A DNA stretch of 58,966 bases, counting the filler, from Sandaracinaceae bacterium (GTDB lineage: Bacteria; Myxococcota_A; Polyangia; Polyangiales; JADJQN01): the NCBI GenBank assembly GCA_947483975.1. It is 2 parts of 2 records of this genome, joined end to end, with 100 filler letters (N's around TTAATTAATTAA, not from the genome) between each part and the next. Parts side by side here need not be neighbours in the genome. Positions count along the whole stretch, not along the records: positions 29,583 to 58,966 come from CANKOL010000020.1; 1 more part is not named here. One strand, given 5' to 3'. The notes under the pieces were generated by a model. It searched no databases. It saw only the letters and a program-made list of their open reading frames with translations, and had not been told where the DNA came from. Both the position numbers and the translations under genes were made by a program. This document shows positions 42,178 through 58,966 of the stretch, one piece after another. How positions within the stretch are numbered: position 1 is the first letter of the stretch; each line of letters opens with the position of its first letter.

Positions 42178-42236
42178 CAGCGGCCGAGACTATAGCTCCG
42201 GCCTGGCCAACGTCGCGTCGCCGTTCTGCCGGATGG

Positions 42237-43067
42237 TCAGGCCGCGCGCTCTTGGAGCGCCGAGCGCAGCTTCTCGCGCGCCTTGGACTCGATCTGACGT
42301 ACGCGCTCGCGAGACAGCCCCAAGGCGTCCCCGACCACGCTGAGCGTGTCGCCGTCGTCGCTCGTGATGCGACGCCGCACGATCTCTCGCTCGCGCTCCG
42401 ACAGCATATCGACCGCGCGGCCGATCGCCGACGACGAGCGTGCCTGAAACTCCGCATCCGCGACGAGCTGCTCGGGCGAGCTGCCCACGTCCGCTAGCTC
42501 GATGCCGCCGTGCTCGAGGTCCCCCACCACGACGTCACGCTCGCGGAGCGCCGAGTCGACCATGCCGACATCGTCGGCCGACACGCCGAGCGCCGCCGCG
42601 ATCTCCTCGCGCGTGGCGCGCCGCCCCAGCTCCTGGCCGAGCGCTCGCTCCGTCGTGCGGAGCCGCGCGACGAGCTTGCGCGCCGCGCGCGTCGAAGGGG
42701 TCGCCACGATGCGCCGGTTCGCGAGCGTCGACCTGCGCGCATGGGCGCGGATCCACCAAGCGGCATAGGCCGAGAAGCGCACGCCGCGCTCAGGCTCGAA
42801 GCGCTGCGCAGCCTCGGCCAGGCCGACCATCCCCTCACCCACGAGATCCTCGTAGGGCACGCCGTACTTCACGTAGCCGCGCGCGATGCGCAGCACGAGG
42901 CGCATATGGGCCACCAGGAGCTTGTCGAGCGCAGACCGCGACCCCTGACGGACCGCAGCGGCGAGCCGATGCTCCTCCTCGATGTCGAGGATGGGGGCGC
43001 TGTGCGCGCGGGCGCGGAGCGCTCCAAGTGAGCCAAACGTCGCTTCAGGACGGGCGTTCTTTCCCAC
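42237..43067 (-). CDS. RpoH/sigma32-like alternative sigma factor
   Basis: HMRLVLRIA, DLVGEGMVGL, RFEPERGVRFSAYAAWWIRA, LGLSRERVRQIE; degenerate RpoH box ARKLVARLR; GGAGG RBS. Confidence 0.88.
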   Translation of the reverse strand: MGKNARPEATFGSLGALRARAHSAPILDIEEEHRLAAAVRQGSRSALDKLLVAHMRLVLRIARGYVKYGVPYEDLVGEGMVGLAEAAQRFEPERGVRFSAYAAWWIRAHARRSTLANRRIVATPSTRAARKLVARLRTTERALGQELGRRATREEIAAALGVSADDVGMVDSALRERDVVVGDLEHGGIELADVGSSPEQLVADAEFQARSSSAIGRAVDMLSEREREIVRRRITSDDGDTLSVVGDALGLSRERVRQIESKAREKLRSALQERAA

Positions 43068-43093
43068 GGCCTACCTCCGAAGCAGAGACCGTT

Positions 43094-43110
43094 TGCAGGC
43101 TCGGTGCCAA
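43094..43110 (-). promoter_or_regulatory. Sigma54 -24/-12 promoter of the sigma-factor gene
   Basis: Minus strand TTGGCAC-CGAGC-CTGCA with exact GG-N10-GC spacing. Confidence 0.85.
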
Positions 43111-43161
43111 CGCTATCCGCCCCGGATCCACTGCGTTTTTCGTCGAAATGCTCGTCGACCG

Positions 43162-43206
43162 CTGCACGATTTGCGCGTTTTGGGGGTGCACGCGCGAGAT
43201 TTGCGC
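43162..43206. promoter_or_regulatory. Paired upstream activator sites CTGCA-N5-TGCGC and GCGCG-N5-TGCGC
   Basis: GATTTGCGCGT repeated 30 bp apart, centred about -85 and -115 from the predicted sigma54 start. Confidence 0.7.
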
Positions 43207-43243
43207 GTACCTCCCGTCGGCACGGGCAGACGCGCGAAACGCC

Positions 43244-44428
43244 TCAGCCGACGACACGGGCGACGACGACCTTGAGGTAGTCGCCCTCGGGGAACGCGGC
43301 GAGCCGAGGATGGTCGGCGGCCCCGCCGGAGCGCATGAGCACCTGGAGCACTGCCCCAGGGCGCAAGCCCTGGTCGCGCAACGTCGCGTCGAAGTCGTCC
43401 CGGTCGACGTGACTCGAGCACGAGGCCGCGACGTAGAGCCCGCCGGGCGCCAGCACCTTCAGGCAGGCGCGATGCAACGACCGATAGCTGTCGAGCGCGG
43501 TCGCCAATGCGCGCTCGCTCGGCGCGAAGCTCGGCGGATCACAGACGATGAGGTCCCAGCGTTCACCGCGGGCCACGGCGTCCGCGAGAAAGGCGGGAAC
43601 GTCGCTCACGACGCCGCGATGCGGAGCGCTGAGCGAGTTGCTCTGCCACGTCTGCTCGGCGAGCTCGATGGCGCGCGGCGCGATGTCGACGGTCGTCACC
43701 GCCGAGGCGCCGCCGAGTCCAGCGGCCACCGAGAAGCCGCCGGTGTACCCGTAGAGATTGAGCACGCGCAGCCCCCGCGCGAGCCCCCGCACCTCCGCGC
43801 GCGACTCCCGATGGTCGAGGAAGAGCCCCGTCTTCTGGCCGCTCACCAGGTCGACGACGAGCACCATCCCTCGCTCCCGGACCGACACGAGCGGCGGCGG
43901 CGCAGGGCCGCGCGCGACCTCGACGGTACGCGCTCCGCGCTTGCCGGTCCGCACCAGCACGGTGCCGACGCCACGCTCCTCGAGCGCCGGTGCGAGCGCG
44001 TCGAGGAACACCTCCCGCCACGCCTCGGCGCCGCCGCCATCGAGCTGCACGGTCGCGTAGGAGCCGTACACATCGCAGACGAAGCCAGGCAGCCGGTCGC
44101 CCTCTCCGTGCACGAGCCGATAGGCGTCCGTGTCCGGCGGCACGACGCGGGAGCGCAGCGTGGCGGCGTCACGCACCCGCGCCGCGAAGAGCCGCTCGTC
44201 GACGGGCTCATCCCGCGTGACGAAGATCCGCACGCCGATCGGGCCGTCGTCCGCGATGCCGCGAGCCACGAAGCGCCCGCGCTCATCGAGCACCGTGACG
44301 ACGGCGCCCGGCGCGGCGTCGATCTCGTCGAGCGCGTCGCGGAACACCCACGGGTGCCCGAGCGCGAGCGCCCTGGCGAGTGGCTTGCGTAGCTTGGCGC
44401 GAGTGGGAGGCGAGTACACCGGAGACAC
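43244..44428 (-). CDS. RlmI-family class I SAM-dependent rRNA methyltransferase
   Basis: GHPWVF PUA domain, RLVHGEGDRLPG, GQKTGLFLDHR, LNLYGYTGGFS, DPPSFA, SCS, YLK. Confidence 0.9.
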   Translation of the reverse strand: MSPVYSPPTRAKLRKPLARALALGHPWVFRDALDEIDAAPGAVVTVLDERGRFVARGIADDGPIGVRIFVTRDEPVDERLFAARVRDAATLRSRVVPPDTDAYRLVHGEGDRLPGFVCDVYGSYATVQLDGGGAEAWREVFLDALAPALEERGVGTVLVRTGKRGARTVEVARGPAPPPLVSVRERGMVLVVDLVSGQKTGLFLDHRESRAEVRGLARGLRVLNLYGYTGGFSVAAGLGGASAVTTVDIAPRAIELAEQTWQSNSLSAPHRGVVSDVPAFLADAVARGERWDLIVCDPPSFAPSERALATALDSYRSLHRACLKVLAPGGLYVAASCSSHVDRDDFDATLRDQGLRPGAVLQVLMRSGGAADHPRLAAFPEGDYLKVVVARVVG

Positions 44429-44555
44429 CCGCGCGAACGTAGCAGGGCTGGCGCTGTCCGCGCGCGTGATGCGGCGCGAAGCTGAAGACGCCGCCGCACC
44501 CACGTCTTCGCCGCGCCGCTCGACCCGCAGGCGCCTCGCGCTCATCCTCCGCGTC

Positions 44556-45395
44556 GTGCCGATCGCCGTCTTCGAGTTGGCCTGCATCGCGATCGTGCTC
44601 CTGACGCTCGTCGCAATGACGCGCCTCCAGTCAGCGACGGTCCTGCTCGCCGACTACGGAGCCCTCGCCGTCGCCGCGTGGGTTGGCGAGGAGACCTGCA
44701 TCGCGGCCTACCACCACTACGCCTACTCGAGCGCGTGGCACGCGCGGCTCGATCTCGTGCCGGCCCTCGTTCCGTTGATCTGGCCGCTCGTCATCCTGTC
44801 GGCGCGCGGCGTCGTGACCTCCCTCGCGCCCGGCATCACCGCAGCACGGCGCGCAGCGCTGGTCGGCGCCCTCGTGATCATCGACGCCTCGCTCGTCGAG
44901 GTGATCGCCGTCCGCGCAGGCCTCTGGACCTGGGCCGAGGGGGGACATCTCGGCGTGCCGGTCGTCGGGATCGTCGGCTGGGGCCTCTTCGCTGCGGCGG
45001 CCGACGCCGTGCTCGCTTCTGGCAGGCGCTTCCGACACGCCTCCTTGGTCGTGCTAGCGCCCCTCGCCACGCACGCGCTCCTCGCCGCCTCTTGGTGGGC
45101 CTTCTTCCGCTGGGCGTGGCGCGGCGACCTCGGGGACCGATCAGTCGTCGCGGTGGCGCTGCTCGGCCTCGTGCTGGCCGGAGGCGCACTCCGACTCCGC
45201 CGCGTCGGACGGACGGTCCCCCGCGCCGTCGCAGCCCCGCGAATGCTCGCCGCCGCACTCTTCGCAACGGAGTGGCTCCTCGTCGCCCCCAGCGATGTCC
45301 GGCTTTGCACGCACGTCGCCGCGGTAGCGCTCCCCTACCTCCTGGTCACCGAACTGGGAGCGCCGAGAGTCCCCTTGCGTCCCCCGACGAAGTAG
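44556..45395 (+). CDS. CruF-like (carotenoid biosynthesis protein, DUF422) membrane protein
   Basis: GEE...YAY...VPxxVPLIW, D...E...GLWTW...GVP...GW pattern; multiple TM; start uncertain. Confidence 0.6.
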   Translation: MPIAVFELACIAIVLLTLVAMTRLQSATVLLADYGALAVAAWVGEETCIAAYHHYAYSSAWHARLDLVPALVPLIWPLVILSARGVVTSLAPGITAARRAALVGALVIIDASLVEVIAVRAGLWTWAEGGHLGVPVVGIVGWGLFAAAADAVLASGRRFRHASLVVLAPLATHALLAASWWAFFRWAWRGDLGDRSVVAVALLGLVLAGGALRLRRVGRTVPRAVAAPRMLAAALFATEWLLVAPSDVRLCTHVAAVALPYLLVTELGAPRVPLRPPTK

Positions 45396-46303
45396 ATGTT
45401 CGGCGGCAGCCCAGCCGCGCTCCACACGGCCGTGCCGACGAGATAAAGCAGCAGGAGCGCTGTGCCCAGGTGGGTCACTCCGATGCAATCACGCGCTGTC
45501 AGCGCGACCTCGCGTCCGCCGCCGGGGAGGCGCCGGCTCCGCGCGCGCACGAAGCCCCACTGCACCGCCGGCGCCGCGAGCATCAGCCCTTCGCGCACGC
45601 CAAGCAGGCCAGTCGCCAGCCCAAGAGCCAACACCAGCGCGCTGACGAGCAACAGCGCCTCGACCAGTCGCACGGAGACCAACGCACCGTGCACCACAGG
45701 ATACGTGGGCACGCCCGCCTGCCGGTCCCCCTCGAGGTCCCGCAGATCGTAGAGGATCTCGTAGGTCAGCTCAAAAGGCACGAAGAACACCGCCAGCGTC
45801 GCATACGCGGGCAGGCTCATCGACACCGCCCCACCCGCAGCGACGTGCGGATAAACGAAACACGTCAGCACGAAGAGCACTGCCGACATGAAGTTCTTGA
45901 AGAAGTAGAGTTCCTTGAACCGCCGCAAACCTCGGAATGTCGGGATGAGCCTGTAATTGTAGGCCATCCCGATGAGCTGCACCGCGATGCGCCATGGGGT
46001 GAGCGCCGGCCACAGCCAGTGCGTCAGCCCCAACGAGCCCACGAGCAGCGCGACGGAAAACACGGCGATGGCTCGCTTTGAGCGAACCACGCGCGCCGTC
46101 CCGCGAATGCCGTTCGCGAGGTCCTCCTCCACATCGGTCACCCGGTTGAACAGGTTAACGAGGAACCAGTCGACCCCGGCGACGAGGACTACGCCCCACG
46201 CATACGTGCCCTTCTCGAGCCAGCCGAACACGAGACAAGCAGCCATCGCCACGAGCACGATGTGATAGCGAACGATGGCGAACGCGTCCCGGAGCACGCG
46301 CAT
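45335..46303 (-). CDS. UbiA-family prenyltransferase
   Basis: NRVTDVEED (NxxxDxxxD) and YDLRDLEGD Asp-rich motifs, GVPTYPV, multiple TM. Confidence 0.85.
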   Translation of the reverse strand: MRVLRDAFAIVRYHIVLVAMAACLVFGWLEKGTYAWGVVLVAGVDWFLVNLFNRVTDVEEDLANGIRGTARVVRSKRAIAVFSVALLVGSLGLTHWLWPALTPWRIAVQLIGMAYNYRLIPTFRGLRRFKELYFFKNFMSAVLFVLTCFVYPHVAAGGAVSMSLPAYATLAVFFVPFELTYEILYDLRDLEGDRQAGVPTYPVVHGALVSVRLVEALLLVSALVLALGLATGLLGVREGLMLAAPAVQWGFVRARSRRLPGGGREVALTARDCIGVTHLGTALLLLYLVGTAVWSAAGLPPNIYFVGGRKGTLGAPSSVTRR

Positions 46304-46330
46304 CCCCTAGCAGAACCGCCCCCAAACGAC

Positions 46331-46365
46331 AAAACGCGCGCCCCACCTCTCGGCGTTGCGCGCGT
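46331..46365 (-). terminator. Putative terminator after rpoC
   Basis: ACGCGCGC/GCGCGCGT stem followed by TTT on the minus strand. Confidence 0.5.
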
Positions 46366-46417
46366 CCTGTACTGTCGGCACCGGCCCAGCGCTCACGCGC
46401 TGAGTCGATGTTCGGGC

Positions 46418-50599
<4,182 letters not shown>

Positions 50600-50602
50600 C
50601 GA

Positions 50603-54748
<4,146 letters not shown>

Positions 54749-54804
54749 GGTAGCGGAACTCCTGCCGGGCGCGAGGGCACCCACCTGTGACTTCCTGCGT
54801 GCGG

Positions 54805-54840
54805 AGCGAACCAAGCGAACCAAGCGAAATAAGCGAACGA
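54805..54840. repeat. 9-bp tandem repeat x4 in the rplL-rpoB spacer
   Basis: AGCGAACCA AGCGAACCA AGCGAAATA AGCGAACGA. Confidence 0.85.
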
Positions 54841-54876
54841 ACGACGAGCCGAGCCGGGAGAAACAGAAACGCCTGC

Positions 54877-54916
54877 GGGTTGCAGCGGGGGAGACACGTC
54901 TCCCTCGCCGCAACCC
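54877..54916 (-). terminator. Long hairpin / candidate attenuator between rplL and rpoB
   Basis: mRNA GGGUUGCGGCGAGGGAGA...UCUCCCCCGCUGCAACCC, ~18-bp stem, U-rich tract 7 nt downstream. Confidence 0.6.
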
Positions 54917-54954
54917 TCAGGCCGCGATCGACTATGTCGACGCTATGGCGACGA

Positions 54955-55335
<381 letters not shown>

Positions 55336-55425
55336 GGTATTTCTCCGAATCTTCTGCTGGGTAGTTGGCCCAGATTATCTTGTGAGAACGATGGGAATTG
55401 GGATGAGAGAAGGAGTCGCTCGAGG

Positions 55426-55980
55426 CTATTCGCCGAGCTTGTCCTCTTGGGCCTTGAGCACGTAGACGAGGTTCTGAGCGGGCGCCTGCAAGAGCTGCAG
55501 CAGGTTGACCAGCGGCGCGTTGAGCGTCGCCAGCAGCGATGCGCGAATCTCGTTCTTGCCCGGCATGGTCGCGAGCTGCTCTTCGACGGCTTTGCCTTCG
55601 AAGATCATGCTCTCGAGCACGCCGCACTTGATACCGAGCTTCTCCTGCTTGTCGCCGCCCTTACGGAACTCCTTGACGACCTTGGCGGCCGCCGTCGGAT
55701 CCTCGAAAGAGAAGGCGATTCCCGTCGGTCCCCGAAGGAACGTCTCGAGCTTCTTGTTGCCCTCGAGCTTGGTGCCCTTGAGCGCCTGCTTGACGAGCGT
55801 GTTCTTCGCCACGCGATACGAGACGCCAGCCTTGCGGAAGGCGACCCGGAGCGCGGTGACCGTCTCGACGTCGATACCCTTGAAATCAAGGACGACCATC
55901 GAGGACGAGCGCGTGAAATGGTCGCGGAGGAGGCCGATTTCGACTTCCTTCTCACGACGGTTCGCGTTCATGACGGCCAC
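55426..55980 (-). CDS. rplJ: 50S ribosomal protein L10
   Basis: YRVAKNTL, GPTGIAF; position in cluster; start 55980 or 55971. Confidence 0.96.
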   Translation of the reverse strand: MAVMNANRREKEVEIGLLRDHFTRSSSMVVLDFKGIDVETVTALRVAFRKAGVSYRVAKNTLVKQALKGTKLEGNKKLETFLRGPTGIAFSFEDPTAAAKVVKEFRKGGDKQEKLGIKCGVLESMIFEGKAVEEQLATMPGKNEIRASLLATLNAPLVNLLQLLQAPAQNLVYVLKAQEDKLGE

Positions 55981-55981
55981 G

Positions 55982-56686
55982 TTATGCCTCCTTCGCGGTC
56001 TCGATCGACAGAGGGTCGATCTTGATGCCGGGGCCCATCGTGGAGCTCAGCGTGATGCTGCGCAGATAGGCGCCCTTGGCCGTCGAGGGCTTGGCCTTCA
56101 CGAGCGCGGCGATCAGGGTGATGACGTTGTCTGCGAGCTGCTCGGGAGCGAAGGACTTCTTCCCGACCGGCGCATGGACAATGCCCGCCTTCTCGACGCG
56201 GAACTCGATCTTGCCGGCCTTCGCCTCGCGAACCGCTTTGCTCACGTCGAACGTGACCGTGCCCACCTTGGGGTTGGGCATGAGACCACGCGGACCGAGC
56301 ACGCGACCGAGGCGACCGACCTGACCCATCATGTCCGGCGTCGCGATCACGACGTCGAACTCCAGCCAACCCTCAGTCACCTTGGCGACCATGTCGTCGG
56401 TGCCGACATGGTCGGCTCCTGCGGCAGTCGCCTCAGCGGCCTTGTCACCCTTCGCGAACACGAGCACTCGGTTTGTCTTGCCGGTGCCGTGCGGCAACAC
56501 GATCGCGCCGCGGACCATCTGGTCTGCGTGCTTCGGGTTGACGCCGAGGCGCACCGCGACGTCGACGCTCTCGTCGAACTTCGCGAATGCAGCCCCCTTC
56601 ACGAGGGCGCAGGCTTCTTGGACCGTGTGGCGCTTCTCCCGATCGACACTTTCGATCGCGGCCTTGCGCTTTCGACCTGCTTCCAT
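55982..56686 (-). CDS. rplA: 50S ribosomal protein L1
   Basis: [31 protein letters not shown]. Confidence 0.98.
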   Translation of the reverse strand: MEAGRKRKAAIESVDREKRHTVQEACALVKGAAFAKFDESVDVAVRLGVNPKHADQMVRGAIVLPHGTGKTNRVLVFAKGDKAAEATAAGADHVGTDDMVAKVTEGWLEFDVVIATPDMMGQVGRLGRVLGPRGLMPNPKVGTVTFDVSKAVREAKAGKIEFRVEKAGIVHAPVGKKSFAPEQLADNVITLIAALVKAKPSTAKGAYLRSITLSSTMGPGIKIDPLSIETAKEA

Positions 56687-56699
56687 CGTTCCTCCTTAC

Positions 56700-56860
56700 G
56701 GACGGGTCTTCCGCTCTAGCCGACAGCCGAAGCTGACAGCAGTAACGGTCCTCCGTCTCCCACCTGTGCTCTCGTCGGTGGTGTGGACTGGTTCGGCACG
56801 AGAGACCGCCTCTCTAGCCTGAGAGCCTCCAACGAGTCGCCGGAGCGAGCTCGCAGAAAC
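56700..56860 (-). promoter_or_regulatory. Structured rplK-rplA intergenic RNA, candidate L1-binding site
   Basis: 186-nt spacer; GUGGGAG-ACGG-AGGA-CCGU-UAC at 56763-56742 resembles L1 operator architecture. Confidence 0.45.
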
Positions 56861-56872
56861 TTGTGGTGCGGG

Positions 56873-57313
56873 TCAGTCGACGACGTCGACGCCCATCGAG
56901 CGCGCGGTGCCGGCAATGCTGTGCATGGCCGTCTCGACGCTCGCAGCGTTCATGTCCTGGATCTTCTGCTCAGCGAGCTTCCGGATCTGCGACATGCTGA
57001 TCTTACCGACCTTCTCTTTGTTCGGGCGCTTGCTGCCCGAGCCGGGCTTCTTGCCGAGAGCGAGGCCGATTTCCTTCTTGATGAGCACGGAGACCGGGGG
57101 GGTCTTCGTGATGAACGTGAAGGAGCGGTCGGAAAACACGGTGATCACAACCGGGATGATCAGGCCTTCCTGACCGGTGGTGCGCGCGTTGAACTCCTTG
57201 CAGAAGCCCATGATGTTCACGCCGTGCTGGCCGAGCGCAGGGCCGACCGGGGGCGACGGATTCGCCTTGCCGGCGGAGAGCTGGAGCTTGATCTGACCAG
57301 TGACCTTCTTCAT
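56873..57313 (-). CDS. rplK: 50S ribosomal protein L11
   Basis: [31 protein letters not shown]. Confidence 0.98.
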   Translation of the reverse strand: MKKVTGQIKLQLSAGKANPSPPVGPALGQHGVNIMGFCKEFNARTTGQEGLIIPVVITVFSDRSFTFITKTPPVSVLIKKEIGLALGKKPGSGSKRPNKEKVGKISMSQIRKLAEQKIQDMNAASVETAMHSIAGTARSMGVDVVD

Positions 57314-57375
57314 GGCTTCTATCCTCTAGCTAACAGACTGCTGACTGAACGGTGAACGCGCTGATGAGCGGCGTG

Positions 57376-57906
57376 TTACGCGGTCTTCTCGACCTGGACG
57401 TAATCGAGCTCGACCGGGGTCGCGCGTCCGAAGATGCTGACGAGCACGCGAACCTTCTGCTTGTCGGGCTTGACCTCTTCGATGGAGCCCGTGAAGTTCG
57501 CAAAGGCGCCGTCGATCACTCGAACGTGGTCACCCTGCTCGAACACGACGCGCGGCTTGGGCTTCGCGGCGCCCTCAGCGACCTGCTGAGCGATCGTGTT
57601 GATCTCGGCCTCTGGGACCGGGGTCGGGTGACGACCACCGACGAAACCGCTGACCTTCGGGGTGTCCTTGATCAGATGCCAGGTGCGCTCGCTGAGGTCC
57701 ATCTCGACGAAGATGTAACCCGGGTAGAAGTTACGAGACGTGACGCGCTTCGCGCCGGCTCGGTTCTCCTGGACGTTCTCCTTGGGGATGAGAATCTGCC
57801 CGAAGAACTCCTCCATACCGTTCTGCTTGATGCGCTCCTCGAGCGAGAGCTTCACCTTGTTCTCGTAGCCCGAGTAGGCCTGGATGACGTACCACTTCTT
57901 GGACAT
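57376..57906 (-). CDS. nusG: Transcription elongation factor NusG
   Basis: WYVIQAYSGYE, YPGYIFVEM, KOW, IFGRATPVEL. Confidence 0.98.
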   Translation of the reverse strand: MSKKWYVIQAYSGYENKVKLSLEERIKQNGMEEFFGQILIPKENVQENRAGAKRVTSRNFYPGYIFVEMDLSERTWHLIKDTPKVSGFVGGRHPTPVPEAEINTIAQQVAEGAAKPKPRVVFEQGDHVRVIDGAFANFTGSIEEVKPDKQKVRVLVSIFGRATPVELDYVQVEKTA

Positions 57907-57941
57907 GGAATCGGTCCTTCGCGCTGCCGGGGACTGCGACG

Positions 57942-58472
57942 TCACGCCGTGTAGAGGAGGTCGGTGATGGCCGACCAGAGTGCGTCGAACACGCCCATGT
58001 AGATCGCCGCCACGACAGAGGTGACGATGACGACGATCGTGGAGACCTGGGTCTCTTCGCGAGAAGGCCAAGTCACCTTGGAGAGCTCGACCGCGACTTC
58101 ATGCGCGAGTTCACTGAAGCGTGGGTGCCGGTAGAGAGCGAGCGAACCGCCGATGGCAGCGATCGCGCCGACGGCGGTGGCGACCATGACGTTCGGCTCG
58201 GTGAAGAGATTCCAAACGAGCACGATCGACTGCTGAAGGATCCAGAAGAGGACCAGCGCGAGCACCGCGAAGGCGCCTTGAATGTAGCGCTCGATGCCAA
58301 AACCACGCGTTCCCATCGCGCCCGCGACGGGGGCGTCGTCGTGCGCTTCGGAGTCGTCTGAACGCTCGGCCTTCGACTCCGACGCGAGCGAGTCCCCGGA
58401 CTCGGCAGGCGATTCGGCGCTGTCGCCCTCGTCCTTCGTCTCAGTCTCGTCTTCGCGTTCGTCCGTGGTCAT
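57942..58472 (-). CDS. secE: Preprotein translocase SecE (3 TM, acidic N-terminal extension)
   Basis: ELSKVTWPSREET; located between tRNA-Trp and nusG. Confidence 0.93.
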   Translation of the reverse strand: MTTDEREDETETKDEGDSAESPAESGDSLASESKAERSDDSEAHDDAPVAGAMGTRGFGIERYIQGAFAVLALVLFWILQQSIVLVWNLFTEPNVMVATAVGAIAAIGGSLALYRHPRFSELAHEVAVELSKVTWPSREETQVSTIVVIVTSVVAAIYMGVFDALWSAITDLLYTA

Positions 58473-58529
58473 CGCTTGCTCTCCGAGATGCGCTGCCTGC
58501 GTAGAGGCTAATCTGTGCAGGCCAGTTGG

Positions 58530-58605
58530 TGGCAGGCCAGGAGGGATTCGAACCCACAACCCGCGGATTTGGAATCCGCTGCTCTACCATTGGAGCTACT
58601 GGCCT
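58530..58605 (-). tRNA. tRNA-Trp(CCA)
   Basis: AGGCCAG/CTGGCCT acceptor stem, GCGGA-TTCCAAA-TCCGC anticodon arm, encoded CCA end; 76 nt. Confidence 0.97.
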
Positions 58606-58629
58606 AAGGGCGTCGCGCCCGAAAATCCG

Positions 58630-58791
58630 TCACTTCGTCTCGCGGTGCTCCGTGTGCTTGTCGCACTTGGAGCAGTACTTCTTCAGCGTGAGACGTTGCT
58701 CCGGGGTCCCGGGGCGCTTTGCCTTCGTCTTTCGGTAGTTTCGGGCTCCGCACTCGGCACAAGCCAGCGCGATACCCACACGCTCGCTCAC
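58630..58791 (-). CDS. rpmG: 50S ribosomal protein L33 (Zn-ribbon C+ type)
   Basis: [11 protein letters not shown]...[21 protein letters not shown] start 58791. Confidence 0.95.
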   Translation of the reverse strand: MSERVGIALACAECGARNYRKTKAKRPGTPEQRLTLKKYCSKCDKHTEHRETK

Positions 58792-58819
58792 GTAGACGCC
58801 GAGCCCGCGACTGCCTGCG

Positions 58820-58966
58820 TCACTCGAGGATCTTCGTGACGACGCCTGCACCGACGGTGCGGCCACCCTCACGAATCGCGAAGCGCTGCTTGTCCTCGAG
58901 CGCGACCGGGGTGATGAACTCGACGACGACCTTCACGTTGTCGCCGGGCATCACCATCTTGATCTC
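58820..58966 (-). CDS. tuf: Elongation factor Tu, C-terminal end (partial)
   Basis: Manual translation MVMPGDNV...[21 protein letters not shown]. Confidence 0.97.
   Translation of the reverse strand, partial: EIKMVMPGDNVKVVVEFITPVALEDKQRFAIREGGRTVGAGVVTKILE

Noticed and set aside
42194..42209. Second GG-N10-GC element upstream of the globin kinase
   Set aside because: Poor -12 (GAGCT); the overlapping TATAGT (42194-42189) is better read as a sigma70-type -10 of an internal promoter.
54749..54913. N-terminal extensions given by the ORF track (rpoB, nusG, secE, rlmI-like, thioredoxin)
   Set aside because: Longest-ORF artefacts; the conserved N-termini begin at downstream starts, and the secE extension overlaps tRNA-Trp.

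Overview
High-GC bacterial sequence, most likely Myxococcota (Polyangiales-like); this is inferred from a MYXO-CTERM-like motif, an SctV fragment, sigma54 enhancer systems and the gene style. The window is two contigs joined by an artificial 100-bp spacer (44 N + TTAATTAATTAA + 44 N, 29483-29582), so synteny across the gap is meaningless. Left contig: an amidohydrolase, a TetR/DCC1 cassette with twin operators, sahR-ahcY, acs, patatin-xth, glgP, a matrixin with unusual architecture and a Ca-motif protein behind a sigma28-like promoter. These are followed by tRNA-Gly and an ~11-kb sulfur/redox cluster (DUF6125-like protein, CoA-disulfide reductase-rhodanese, TauE, MacAB-like ABC, thioredoxin, cysteine desulfurase, CCG Fe-S protein, TIGR04283-like glycosyltransferase). 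Right contig: the 3' end of sctV, a sigma54-driven beta-barrel gene, an acidic repeat protein, alaS, recN, a four-gene signalling module, rlmI-like, CruF-like and UbiA genes, then the tuf-rpmG-tRNA-Trp-secE-nusG-rplKAJL-rpoBC cluster. Best candidate for an undescribed system: a globin-coupled kinase/sigma54 enhancer module whose first gene is an RpoH-like sigma factor, driven by a sigma54 promoter with paired GCGCA-N5-TGCGC-like sites. Many genes also appear leaderless. All family calls come from motif recognition by eye, not from database searches.
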